Shown one piece after another: positions 37,448-47,372 of a stretch of DNA of 64,000 nucleotides. The stretch covers positions 192,001-256,000 of the forward strand of contig JAWVXD010000002.1 of the NCBI GenBank assembly GCA_033723415.1, given 5' to 3'. Each line of letters starts with the position of its first letter. The first letter of the stretch is position 1. This DNA comes from Sulfurospirillaceae bacterium (GTDB lineage Bacteria > Campylobacterota > Campylobacteria > Campylobacterales > Sulfurospirillaceae). The notes under the pieces were generated by a model, which saw only the letters and a program-made list of their open reading frames with translations, made no database searches and was not told the origin of the DNA. The position numbers and the translations under genes were made by a program.

Positions 37448-38954
37448 TTCCCAAACCTATACGAATCGCTTCTTCCAAAGAAGTTTCTCCGTCCAACAAC
37501 ATTTGCAATAATTGCTTATATAGCGTTCTTAGACCAGCTTTTTCAAGTGCAATTTGTATGGTGTGTTCATCTGTTGTTGACTTTAAGATATCACGTAAAT
37601 CATCATCCATGATCAAAAGTTCACCGATGGAACGACGACCGCTGTATCCACTATACCCGCATGCCTTGCAGCCTTTTGCTTTATAGATATTAGCATCTTT
37701 AGGAAGATTATAATCATCGGCAAACTCTTTTGCAACTGCATCCTCTTCTTTACAGTGAGTACACAAAATACGAACTAATCTTTGAGCAAGTATGCCTAAG
37801 AGTGAAGATGAGATCAAAAATGGTTCAACTTTCATATCAGCTAATCTTGATATAGTCGCTGCCGCTGAATTTGTGTGTAGCGTTGAAAATACTAGATGTC
37901 CTGTCAATGCTGCACGAACTGCTATGGCAGCTGTTTCTTCATCTCTAATCTCACCTATCATTATAACATCCGGATCCTGTCTTAAAATGGAACGAAGAGC
38001 TGTAGCAAACGTAAGTCCTACCTTATCATTGACCTGAATCTGGGAAATAGTATCTGACTTATATTCGACAGGATCTTCAACCGTCAAAATATTTTTTTCA
38101 GGAGAATCTATCTCTTTTATGAAAGAGTGAAGAGATGTCGTCTTTCCGCTCCCTGTAGGTCCTGTAACCAGTATGATCCCATGTGAAGCACGTAAAAGTT
38201 TTTTCATGTCATTTATAAGAGAATTATGAAATCCCAATTCTTCAATATGAGGTACCTGAGATCCCTGCATAAGAAGTCTCATAACAACTCTTTCTCCATA
38301 AAACGTAGGTAATATAGAGACACGGACATCCAAAGTCTCTCCTGCGATTTTGATTTGAGTTCGTCCATCTTGAGGAATTCTTTTCTCAGAGATATCAAGG
38401 TTTGATATAACTTTTATACGGCTTACTATAAGATTTACGACTTTTTTATCAAGATCGGCATTTTTAATCAGCATCCCATCGATCCTAAACCTGACTTCCC
38501 CACGTTTTTCTTGGACTTCTATATGAATATCCGATGCTCTTTTTTTGATCGCTTGATAAAAAAGAGCATTTACAAATTTGATAATAGGGGCGGATTCCTC
38601 TGATGTGAGGATATCAGAGGATGTCCTCAGGAAATCTGTCAAAGATATATCTTCTTCGCTCTCTGAGTGACCTTCTTCTTGCATCGTTTCCATGGTTTTA
38701 TCGGTACGAAGCTCTAAAAACCGGTTATATAATCTATCAAATGAATCTTCATCAAGTAAATTGATCGGATACCGGTTCTGTAGTTTTGAATAGTAGATAC
38801 TTGCTTGAGCCAAATATCTCTCACACACAAAAGCTCGAACCTCACCATCTAGTTCACTAAAAAGCAAATAGTTCTTGACGCTCAAATCAGTAGATAATTC
38901 TGCAGGTTCAAATACCTCAAGTTGTAAATTATGAATAGGTTCTAAATTTAACAT
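37440..38954 (-). CDS. gspE: Type II secretion ATPase
   Basis: ASDIHIE, RIPQDGR, TGPTGSGKTT, TVEDPVE, LRQDPDVIMIGEIRD, TLHTNS, two CxxC. Confidence 0.93.
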   Translation of the reverse strand: MLNLEPIHNLQLEVFEPAELSTDLSVKNYLLFSELDGEVRAFVCERYLAQASIYYSKLQNRYPINLLDEDSFDRLYNRFLELRTDKTMETMQEEGHSESEEDISLTDFLRTSSDILTSEESAPIIKFVNALFYQAIKKRASDIHIEVQEKRGEVRFRIDGMLIKNADLDKKVVNLIVSRIKVISNLDISEKRIPQDGRTQIKIAGETLDVRVSILPTFYGERVVMRLLMQGSQVPHIEELGFHNSLINDMKKLLRASHGIILVTGPTGSGKTTSLHSFIKEIDSPEKNILTVEDPVEYKSDTISQIQVNDKVGLTFATALRSILRQDPDVIMIGEIRDEETAAIAVRAALTGHLVFSTLHTNSAAATISRLADMKVEPFLISSSLLGILAQRLVRILCTHCKEEDAVAKEFADDYNLPKDANIYKAKGCKACGYSGYSGRRSIGELLIMDDDLRDILKSTTDEHTIQIALEKAGLRTLYKQLLQMLLDGETSLEEAIRIGLGNG

Positions 38955-38955
38955 T

Positions 38956-40815
38956 TTAGTTACTCTCTAAAACTTTATTTTTTTTCTTTTCAGATTTTTT
39001 CAATCCCTTTTCTTCTATTTTTTTGAACACTATCGAGTCGTATTTCTGCTGAAGATTAGCAACTATTCCCAACTCTTTTTGAAGTTGTGAAAGTTTTTCA
39101 CTTTTATCTATAACGTATGGAGTCAACACAACTATTAAGTTATCTTGTTCAATTGTATCGGTCGTAGATGAGAAAAGATACTTGCCAAATAAAGGTAAAT
39201 CTCCTAAAACAGGGACCTTACTGACAGATTTCATATCATAGTTCTTCACCAACCCACCGATTATGATACTCTCTCCATGACGTAATATAGCTTGAGTTTT
39301 AACTTCTTGTTTCGAGGTAACAGGCTGTTTTGTTGCATTGTTACTGCCATCGTCCAAAACATTTTCAAGTATTACCTCAACATCAAGAGTCACTTTGGCA
39401 GCTGATGAGACACGTGGCTTAATCTTTAGAGTCAAACCGACATCTTCTCTCTTATAACTACTTGTAAGCCCTGTACCTACTGTAGCTGCATTAGAGATAG
39501 TACCTGTGGAAAAAGACATCGTTTTACCTACATAGATAGATGATTCTTTATTATTTACACATAGTATTGATGGATTAGAAATTGATCTGGATGCCCCGTT
39601 TCTCTCTAAAAAATCCATAGCGGCACCAAGGGCAAAACCTGCTGTTACTCCGCTTCCTACCACAGAAGAGGCCAATTGATCACCAACAATACCGACTACA
39701 GGCTGACCACCAAAATTGGCAGCCAAAGAATAAAGACCCTCAGCAGATAAATTTGCGCCGTCAAATCCATATTTTATACCTAGATTTTTTGTATTGCTAC
39801 TTGAGATTTCTATAATTCTTGCCTTGACATAAACCTGGTATTTTTCCATATCAAGCTCATCAATAATATACTTTATCCCCTTTAAAACATTGGGTTCGCC
39901 AACTGCAATGATCCCATTTATATTTGTACTGGCAGAAATATTTGGTTTTAATGCCGGGTCTGAATATGTTCGCTTGGATATGATTTCTGTTAGACTCTCT
40001 AGTACTGACTTTGCATCAGAATTTTTAAGCTTAAAAATCTGCACGGTATTACTGACATTTGACTCTATGTCAAGTTTTTGTATCAAAGAGGCAATTACTT
40101 TTACATTCTCTTGGCTTCCTACAACAATAATGGAATTTAAATTTTCATCTAAAATTACTTTCACTTTCTGTGCAGCAACTTTTTCATTGAACAACAATTT
40201 TGATATAGCTTCTAATTTAGTCTGAAGTTTTTTTGCTTCTGCATATTTTATAGGTATAATCTTCACAACAGCCTGATTATTCGTATCTATCTCTTTGATG
40301 ACCTTTTTAATTGTTTCGATATTTTTTGGATAATCTGTGATTATGAGAGTATTACTCTCTTTGATACTCATAAGTTTTGCATTTTTAGAGTTCAGATGTC
40401 TTATCTTTGCGGCTATTATGTCCGAATTTTCACCTTTGACAGATATCGCCTGCGTGACCATCAAAGGTCCTTTGAGGCTTTTCCCAGGTTTCACAACTTT
40501 TACATTATTTTGAGCCACTTCATTAGAACGAATGATCTCATAAAGTGATCCATTTTCTACAAGAGTAAAACCTTTTGAATCTAAAACCGATATCAAGATA
40601 TCCATAAGCTCGTCATCATAAACAGGAGTAGCACTTATAAAATTAACTGTTCCTGTTATCTTGTTGTTCATTAAGATATTTTTATGTGTGATCTTTGATA
40701 CCAATTTGATAAAATCGTCTATCTGCAAATTTGAAAAGTTTATATTGACCTGTTCACGAGCTGACAAACTTACCACTAAAACAATAGCTAAAAAAATACT
40801 TTTAATTAATTTCAT
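38956..40815 (-). CDS. gspD: Type II secretion secretin
   Basis: Signal peptide, N0-N3 domains, QVYVKARIIEI, DVGLTLKIKPRV, IIIGGL, KVPVLGDLPLFG.LF. Confidence 0.92.
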   Translation of the reverse strand: MKLIKSIFLAIVLVVSLSAREQVNINFSNLQIDDFIKLVSKITHKNILMNNKITGTVNFISATPVYDDELMDILISVLDSKGFTLVENGSLYEIIRSNEVAQNNVKVVKPGKSLKGPLMVTQAISVKGENSDIIAAKIRHLNSKNAKLMSIKESNTLIITDYPKNIETIKKVIKEIDTNNQAVVKIIPIKYAEAKKLQTKLEAISKLLFNEKVAAQKVKVILDENLNSIIVVGSQENVKVIASLIQKLDIESNVSNTVQIFKLKNSDAKSVLESLTEIISKRTYSDPALKPNISASTNINGIIAVGEPNVLKGIKYIIDELDMEKYQVYVKARIIEISSSNTKNLGIKYGFDGANLSAEGLYSLAANFGGQPVVGIVGDQLASSVVGSGVTAGFALGAAMDFLERNGASRSISNPSILCVNNKESSIYVGKTMSFSTGTISNAATVGTGLTSSYKREDVGLTLKIKPRVSSAAKVTLDVEVILENVLDDGSNNATKQPVTSKQEVKTQAILRHGESIIIGGLVKNYDMKSVSKVPVLGDLPLFGKYLFSSTTDTIEQDNLIVVLTPYVIDKSEKLSQLQKELGIVANLQQKYDSIVFKKIEEKGLKKSEKKKNKVLESN

Positions 40816-41605
40816 AGACCAGCTCCTTATATTGATTATTTCTTTTTACTACGATTTGCATCGTTCTTATTTTACCTATATTTCTATATATGTCCAATGC
40901 GTCTTTATATGATTTCAAATCTATATTATTGGCGCGAATAATTATATCTCCGACACGAAGGCCCAAGTTTTGCATTTTTGATCCCATTCTGATATGAGTT
41001 ACTCTAAAACCTTCTATATTATTGCCGTTTTGAACTGCAATAATAGAAATGTCTCTCCAAATCTTATTTGGATTATTTGTATACTCATTGACATCCCTTC
41101 TGGATATTTCCATCTGAGTTTCAGATGATCCAGAAGATAAATTAGTTTGTTTGCTAATATTAGAACTTTCAATTTTCAAGATATAATCTTTGAATCCTTT
41201 TTTGAAAACTACGCTGTCATGCAAGATCGTTTTTAAAGTGTATCCTGAAAAATCTTCACCAACAGATATGATAGAGGTAATGTTTTGAGAAGATCTCAAA
41301 GCAACAACTGCAAAACCTTTTGATCCGATTCCATACAAGCCTTTTAAGACCATATTAGTTATACTAGCCCCTTCAGGTGCTGTCTTTATTTTATTTTGAG
41401 AAGATGTCTTTGAAGATGAAGGATCAAACATATTTTTAAAATCAACTTTTTGATATGACGGCATATAATTATGTTTTATTTGAAGTTCAACGCCTTCACT
41501 TGGTAAAAACCACCAAAGTGCCAAAGACAGAATTTTAGCTATAGCTAAAAGTATTAAAAGTTTAGTTAGAACTTTGACTATATAAGAATTAGAAAGACTG
41601 ATCAT
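40802..41605 (-). CDS. T2SS GspC-like protein with C-terminal PDZ domain
   Basis: N-terminal TM, HR domain (LKGLY..VGED..GY.LK.I..DSVVF), GFRV..LGLRVGDIIIRAN PDZ; GGAGG SD favours start 41605. Confidence 0.8.
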   Translation of the reverse strand: MISLSNSYIVKVLTKLLILLAIAKILSLALWWFLPSEGVELQIKHNYMPSYQKVDFKNMFDPSSSKTSSQNKIKTAPEGASITNMVLKGLYGIGSKGFAVVALRSSQNITSIISVGEDFSGYTLKTILHDSVVFKKGFKDYILKIESSNISKQTNLSSGSSETQMEISRRDVNEYTNNPNKIWRDISIIAVQNGNNIEGFRVTHIRMGSKMQNLGLRVGDIIIRANNIDLKSYKDALDIYRNIGKIRTMQIVVKRNNQYKELVYEIN

Positions 41606-42119
41606 ATCTATAGCCTCCATCCTTGTTTTTACTTAAATTATCGAGGGTACTTTTATAATTTTTGAACATCATTTGTGATGGTGTCAATACCATAGTAAAA
41701 TTTCTATCCAAGATATTTATCTTAGCATCGGCTTTTCCAAATTCACCGCTGGCATGTGCAATTACATGAAGAGGATTAAAAATCGTATATTTTATATCCA
41801 AAGTTTTTATATTCAGAGGAACCAAAGAAGAAGCTATCTTAGAAAGTTTTATATTTTTAACATCAATGGAATTATAAAATACAAAAAATTTCATATTTAT
41901 CTTTTCAATATATGCGCTATCAATAGAGTCAAATGATACTATTGCGTGGCTCAGCTCCAAAGACAAACCATCATCAACAACTTCTTCATTGGAAACTATG
42001 ATCTTATATTTTTGCAGTTCTGCCTCTGCATAATGATAAATACTTGATTTTGGTACAAAAAATATCAGGGCCAAAACAAAAAATGCTATATAAAAAAATA
42101 ATTTTAATATTTTTACCAT
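41589..42119 (-). CDS. T2SS accessory protein (GspN-like by position and topology)
   Basis: Single N-terminal TM ending FFVP, beta-rich body, overlapping both neighbours. Confidence 0.55.
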   Translation of the reverse strand: MVKILKLFFYIAFFVLALIFFVPKSSIYHYAEAELQKYKIIVSNEEVVDDGLSLELSHAIVSFDSIDSAYIEKINMKFFVFYNSIDVKNIKLSKIASSLVPLNIKTLDIKYTIFNPLHVIAHASGEFGKADAKINILDRNFTMVLTPSQMMFKNYKSTLDNLSKNKDGGYRYDQSF

Positions 42120-42520
42120 TTTATCTCCATCTTTAAGCTGGCTGTTTCATCATTTATTCTTCTTATTTGCAAGCTGGATATATTGTAAGAGCCGTTTAAT
42201 ATCTTACTCATGAGCAAATCCAATACGTTTTTGTTCATTCCTTTTGATCTTAAGATTATACTGGATATAGTTATTTCTTTTTTGATATTTGATTTGCTTA
42301 ACAATGGTAATCTAAGAACGCTGTCCATAGTCTTTTCAATCATGATCTTATTTGAATATGCTGATTTAAGCCCTTTGAGATCTGTTGCTAATTGAAGTGT
42401 CTCTTTGTACTGTTTGTCTGCTTGAATCAATCCTTTTTTCACGCCACTTAAGTGAAACATCAAAAAACCAAGTAATACAATAAGTAAAATTGCCACATGA
42501 AGTGGATTGAAGCGATTCAT
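42113..42520 (-). CDS. T2SS GspM-like protein
   Basis: 135 aa; N-terminal TM, coiled coil, small alpha/beta domain; follows the gspL-like gene. Confidence 0.6.
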   Translation of the reverse strand: MNRFNPLHVAILLIVLLGFLMFHLSGVKKGLIQADKQYKETLQLATDLKGLKSAYSNKIMIEKTMDSVLRLPLLSKSNIKKEITISSIILRSKGMNKNVLDLLMSKILNGSYNISSLQIRRINDETASLKMEIKW

Positions 42521-43446
42521 AGTTTAATCTCCAAACGCCAAGAGTTATTTTTGAAATTTGATATAAATTCCATACCTTTACTCTTGAAAATTTTTTCTAT
42601 ATTAAGAGCATCCCCTTTACTAACACCGCTAAATTCTACATAAAGCTTTTTGTTTTTTAAACTCAAAAGCTCTAATCTCTGATCCTTTGTTAATTTTAGC
42701 GACAAAATATACGATACATATTCTCTAAACTTTGTTTGGATTGAATATACACCTTTATACTCTTGCAACAGTGAACGATTTTGTATCATCGTCGGCATTA
42801 GAGAGTTTTTGGCAAAAAGATTCTCTCTCATTTCTGTTGTTTCAGATATTTTATGCATAGTAATAAAATACTCTATAGCTAATATCAATATCAGTAAAGA
42901 AAACATACCATAAAGCATATATATACTTCTATCGCTGATAATATGCCCAAAGTGCCTGAGTCTTATGTGATTACTTGAAAGATGAATAGAACTCATATCT
43001 AACTCTGTACTATCTTTTAACCAAGAAGTAGGAACCAATACAAGCAATTCGTCTTGTAGATAAATGCTTTGTGTATCATTTATCTTCATAGCTTTTTCTA
43101 TATGAGCAAGTTCATTTTGAGCAAAGTATACGTTTTTTACTTGAGCCTGAGATATCCCTTTGTTTTTTAGAGTATTTAATATGACTTTATCTTGATAAGC
43201 AAATATTAAAAAATCATCTCCACTTTTATATACTTGATAACTATATCTTCCCGGAGGAAGGGTGTCCTCAAACAAAGATGGTAAAAGTGTTCTGATTTTT
43301 CTGATAGATTTTACAGGAAGAGACACTTTTTTTACCCAATAAAGGGAAGGTGATAAGATTACATTGACTCTCTTTTTTGTTTGAAAGTTTTCAGAATTCG
43401 TATCTAAAAATATTGTATCGTTATGCTCATTAAATTTTAAAAACAC
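42517..43446 (-). CDS. T2SS GspL-like protein
   Basis: Cytoplasmic domain (WVKKVSLP..LPSLFED), central TM, periplasmic domain; position after gspK-like gene. Confidence 0.65.
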   Translation of the reverse strand: MFLKFNEHNDTIFLDTNSENFQTKKRVNVILSPSLYWVKKVSLPVKSIRKIRTLLPSLFEDTLPPGRYSYQVYKSGDDFLIFAYQDKVILNTLKNKGISQAQVKNVYFAQNELAHIEKAMKINDTQSIYLQDELLVLVPTSWLKDSTELDMSSIHLSSNHIRLRHFGHIISDRSIYMLYGMFSLLILILAIEYFITMHKISETTEMRENLFAKNSLMPTMIQNRSLLQEYKGVYSIQTKFREYVSYILSLKLTKDQRLELLSLKNKKLYVEFSGVSKGDALNIEKIFKSKGMEFISNFKNNSWRLEIKL

Positions 43447-44332
43447 AGTTAGAAACCTTTTTTGATCTTATATTGTACTCAAACCTTATGTTGGCACTAT
43501 TACTTTCTTGAGTTATTTTTACTTTCACATCTAAATATGGCTCAAAAAAGCTTGTTTTAAACCTCTTTAGTAAACTAGCTTCTTCACTATTTAAAGCCAA
43601 ATCCTTCAAGGTTCTATATGTTCCTTCACCCGCAACAAGCGCACTTGCCCTATTTTTATCGCAACCTAAGATAAATTCCCAAACAGGAAGGGTTGCATAA
43701 TTCAAATCAATATAACTGTTTTTTTCTACGCCGATATAAAAAAGCTCTTTCATGTTAATATTTTTAAGATTATCGTCATGATACTTTTTCATATAGATAT
43801 CTCCCAAAGCTTCAAGATGCTCATATGAGGTAATATAATCTCTAAAAAGTTCTGGATTGTCGTTGAAAATATTTGTATTATATGACATATTTTCTTTCAT
43901 CCCTCCTTGAAGATCTAACAGCATATCAGCATATCCTAGATTTACCGTATTTTTAGCTAAAAAGCTTTTGAAAGCATTTATCCGTGCCTCATTTGATAAA
44001 ACATTTGGATTTATCTTACTTCGTGCGCTCTCTATGCTGATTGCTATTTTTATTCCGCTGCTCTCAAATGATATCAGGGAAGATCTTGTTAAGAACAGGG
44101 CTAAACTCCCTGGAGAATTTATCTGCTCCAAATCCTTAGAACTCTTCAATATCTTTAAAATATCATCCAATAATATTGAACTTTGGAACAAAAAGTGTTC
44201 ACTCTTCATATTTGTTGCACTGGTGCTCACATACTTTAATCCTATGCCTATACTGAAGGTTATAAGCATAATAAACAGCACTGTTACCAAAAGTGCTATA
44301 CCATTTTTAGGAATATTTCTTTTAAACATCAT
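43430..44332 (-). CDS. T2SS GspK-like pseudopilin
   Basis: KNG/IALLVTVL (no Glu5), SKINPN and IDLNYAT motifs. Confidence 0.75.
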   Translation of the reverse strand: MMFKRNIPKNGIALLVTVLFIMLITFSIGIGLKYVSTSATNMKSEHFLFQSSILLDDILKILKSSKDLEQINSPGSLALFLTRSSLISFESSGIKIAISIESARSKINPNVLSNEARINAFKSFLAKNTVNLGYADMLLDLQGGMKENMSYNTNIFNDNPELFRDYITSYEHLEALGDIYMKKYHDDNLKNINMKELFYIGVEKNSYIDLNYATLPVWEFILGCDKNRASALVAGEGTYRTLKDLALNSEEASLLKRFKTSFFEPYLDVKVKITQESNSANIRFEYNIRSKKVSNCVFKI

Positions 44333-45543
44333 TTTATACTCATAGAAAAAATTGGTAACAGCATCGCTGCAACTATAAAACCTATACTTCCACCAACAAA
44401 AAGCATAAGTGCCGGTTCAAGTAAAGTTAGTAAAGTAGAGATCTTATCTCGATTCTCTTCAAAATATAACTCAGACATATTTGAAAGTACATTTTCTATC
44501 TCGGATGTCTCTTCACCAAGGGCTATCGCTTGAATATAGGCATAGTCTATTTTAATCTTTGATTCATTCAATGCTTTGGATAATAATTTACCTTCCACAA
44601 CTTTTTTTGAAGCATTGACAAATAGATCTTTTAACACTAAATTGTTCAATATATTGGCTGCTAGATTAATCGTTTGAACAAATGGAACACCTGAGCGAGT
44701 GAGAAGTGAAGCTATGTATGAAAATCTTGCTAACTCGCTTTTTTGCTCAATATCTCCAAAGATTGGAAATTTTAATAAAAACTTATGGATTCTATATGCA
44801 AAATAATAGCTTTTTTTCATCAAGATAGAAAAAGATATAACAAACACTGCAATAACGCCTAATATATTTATAATATTCTTATTAAAAAAATCTCCCAGCG
44901 CAATCACCACGATAGTTGGCATCGGTAATGCTTGATCCATACTTTTAAATATTTCTGTGATCTGAGGAACTACGAATGAGAGCATAAAAGACAACATCAA
45001 AAATGATATAACTATCATAAAAATAGGATATGCAAAGGCAAGTTTTATATCTTGATTTATCCTATCTTGCTCTTTTAAAAAACGGGATAGCTCCATCAGC
45101 ACTTCATCTAATATACCGCCGCTTTCGCTTACCTTAATGGAGTGTTTAAAAAATTCAGGAAGGACTATGACACTTTGACTCTCAAGGGCTGTATAAAAAT
45201 CTTTTCCTTCATCAAGATATGTGCTTACCGTAGTCAAAAATAGTTTGATTTTTTTGTTTTTTTCATAATGAGATTGAATGATCTTAAGAGCAGAGACAAT
45301 GTTTATACCTGAGCGTATATACATAGATAGTTCTCTAGACAGTGAAGATAACTCTTTTGAAGATATTTTATATTTTCTGTTAAATTCCCAGCTGTCAAAT
45401 AGAGATTTTGAATCTTCATTTATACTTTGATATATGATATTTTTTGATTTTAACTTATTTTTGGCCTCACTTAATGATGTAGCTTCTATCTTATCGCTGA
45501 TATTATTGCCATTGCCATCAATACCCTTAAATTTAAAAATCAT
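44329..45543 (-). CDS. gspF: Type II secretion inner-membrane platform protein
   Basis: ESGG.LD, AFAYP, VVPQI, LP.PT, LLEPALMLFVG..VAAMLLPIF. Confidence 0.92.
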   Translation of the reverse strand: MIFKFKGIDGNGNNISDKIEATSLSEAKNKLKSKNIIYQSINEDSKSLFDSWEFNRKYKISSKELSSLSRELSMYIRSGINIVSALKIIQSHYEKNKKIKLFLTTVSTYLDEGKDFYTALESQSVIVLPEFFKHSIKVSESGGILDEVLMELSRFLKEQDRINQDIKLAFAYPIFMIVISFLMLSFMLSFVVPQITEIFKSMDQALPMPTIVVIALGDFFNKNIINILGVIAVFVISFSILMKKSYYFAYRIHKFLLKFPIFGDIEQKSELARFSYIASLLTRSGVPFVQTINLAANILNNLVLKDLFVNASKKVVEGKLLSKALNESKIKIDYAYIQAIALGEETSEIENVLSNMSELYFEENRDKISTLLTLLEPALMLFVGGSIGFIVAAMLLPIFSMSIK

Positions 45544-46073
45544 CTCGTCACTTCTCTCACTAGATCATCTCTAGAAATAACCGCTTCTTTGATAGAGGGA
45601 TATACTAAAGTTTCACCAAAGTAGTTGTAAAAATCATATACGTTTTTTTTGAACGCAACCAAAACCTGATCACCTACGCCGTTTTTATCAACTTTATATG
45701 AAAAACAGACATCTTTTTCAACACCGTCTTTATCGAAATAAACATCTTTTTGAGCCTCAATTACACCATATGCAGCTTCATACCTATATACTTTAACGCT
45801 GTCGTCTAAAAAATCTTTTAGTTCTTTAATACTTTTACCATCTACACGTACATCGCAAATTGAACAATTATCTAAACATAAAAGACGAACACTATTTGTA
45901 TGAGGGAATGAGTTTAAATACTCTTTTAAATGCAAAAGAGTTATTTTGGAACTGCCCTTACTGATCCTTTGGAAACTGCTAACAGCTAAAGTATAGACTA
46001 TTCCTATGATCACTATTACCATCATCAACTCCATTAGATAAAAGGCTCTTCTTTGCAATTTATTTACACTCAC
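45540..46073 (-). CDS. T2SS minor pseudopilin (GspH-like)
   Basis: RRA/FYLMELMMVIVIIG prepilin motif directly after gspG. Confidence 0.72.
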   Translation of the reverse strand: MSVNKLQRRAFYLMELMMVIVIIGIVYTLAVSSFQRISKGSSKITLLHLKEYLNSFPHTNSVRLLCLDNCSICDVRVDGKSIKELKDFLDDSVKVYRYEAAYGVIEAQKDVYFDKDGVEKDVCFSYKVDKNGVGDQVLVAFKKNVYDFYNYFGETLVYPSIKEAVISRDDLVREVTR

Positions 46074-46491
46074 TTAGTTTTATGTCACTTGCGTAACCTT
46101 CCCCTCCCTCCTTCTTATCCGCTCCTAGGGAAACTAGTTCTATTATTCCGTTGTTATTTGTATATATAAAGTTATTGCCCCATGAATCTTTTGGCAGTTT
46201 TCCGTCTTTAAAGTATCCGCCTGAGGCGTAATTTGAATATTTTTCTGGGTCTGGATTTGTTATGAGTGCTTCTAGGCCCTCACTTGTAGTAGGATAAACG
46301 CTGTTATTGATTTTAAACATATCTAAGGCGCCGTTGTAGATACTTTTCATCTGAATACAGACTAGATTTCTCTTTGCTTCTTCACCTTTTTCAGTAAGAT
46401 TTGGCATGACTAAGCCTGCCAACAGTCCTAAGATAACTATGACAATCATAAGCTCTATTAGCGTAAACGCTTTTTTAGATTTCGTTTGCAT
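46060..46491 (-). CDS. gspG: T2SS major pseudopilin
   Basis: KKA/FTLIELMIVIVILGLL, YPTTSEGLEAL, LPKDSWGN.F.Y, SLGADKKEGGEG..DI. Confidence 0.93.
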   Translation of the reverse strand: MQTKSKKAFTLIELMIVIVILGLLAGLVMPNLTEKGEEAKRNLVCIQMKSIYNGALDMFKINNSVYPTTSEGLEALITNPDPEKYSNYASGGYFKDGKLPKDSWGNNFIYTNNNGIIELVSLGADKKEGGEGYASDIKLSECK

Positions 46492-46832
46492 CTGTTTTGC
46501 CTTTTATATATGGCAATACATTATCAAAGGAGAAATATTCTACATATTTACAACCGATATATGTTGTTTTTTGCAGCGAAAAGTCTCCTTGAAAGTATGC
46601 CCACTGCTTTTTTCTTCACAAAAAATGCACGTATAAGAATAATTTTTTCTCTTCTCAGAGTTTTTTATTCTCATCTCAAAGTCTCCTCTTTCGATCTTAT
46701 TTATTCTGCTTATTCCTTCAACTTTAGCATATTTATACATAAAGTTTTCTAAAGCAAGAAGTTTATTTGGATTAGTAGTTTTGATTTTTTAGATTAGAAA
46801 ATTTAATGTATGAGAGAAAAACTGTAAAAAGA

Positions 46833-46917
46833 TGGTGCGGATGAAGAGACTCGAACTCCCATGCCTTGCGGCACCAGATCCTAAGTCTGGCGTGTCTACC
46901 AATTTCACCACATCCGC
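46833..46917 (-). tRNA. tRNA-Leu(TAG)
   Basis: Cloverleaf with long variable arm; anticodon arm CCAGA-CTTAGGA-TCTGG; encoded CCA. Confidence 0.97.
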
Positions 46918-46933
46918 ACACAACAATAATAAG

Positions 46934-47010
<77 letters not shown>

Positions 47011-47025
47011 ATCTTGATTTTAAGG

Positions 47026-47102
47026 TGGTGCGCTCGACAGGAGTCGAACCTACAACCTACGGATCCGAAGTCCGTTGCTCTATCCAATTGAGCTACGAGC
47101 GC
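47026..47102 (-). tRNA. tRNA-Arg(TCG)
   Basis: Anticodon arm ACGGA-CTTCGGA-TCCGT; CCA. Confidence 0.97.
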
Positions 47103-47120
47103 AAAACTCGTTAAAAACAA

Positions 47121-47198
47121 TGGGGTGAGTGATGGGAATCGAACCCACGACCCTCAGAACCACAACCTGATGCTCTAACCGACTGAGCTACACCCACC
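47121..47198 (-). tRNA. tRNA-His(GTG), including G-1
   Basis: Anticodon arm TCAGG-TTGTGGT-TCTGA; C discriminator; CCA. Confidence 0.97.
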
Positions 47199-47215
47199 AA
47201 CTATAAATCAAAAAA

Positions 47216-47293
47216 TGGTCGGGGCGAAAGGATTCGAACCTTCGGCCCCCTGGTCCCAAACCAGGTGCGCTAACCAGACTGCGCTACGCCCCG
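47216..47293 (-). tRNA. tRNA-Pro(TGG)
   Basis: CGGGGCG acceptor; anticodon arm CCTGG-TTTGGGA-CCAGG; CCA. Confidence 0.97.
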
Positions 47294-47335
47294 ACAAAAT
47301 AAAATATCACACGAGATTGCTATTTTAAGGGTGAA

Positions 47336-47364
47336 ATTCTACCTCAATTTTAGGTTTTTGTCAA
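47336..47364 (-). promoter_or_regulatory. Sigma70 promoter of the tRNA operon
   Basis: TTGACA-N17-TAGAAT on the minus strand. Confidence 0.85.
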
Positions 47365-47372
47365 GAACTTTT

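Noticed and set aside
36495..46491. Cts competence or type IV pilus system
   Set aside because: GspG-type major pseudopilin, GspK-like and PDZ-GspC-like genes are present and there is no PilT; fits a true T2SS better
47026..47102. tRNA-Arg(TCG) instead of ACG
   Set aside because: Normal for Campylobacterota; useful only as a taxonomic hint
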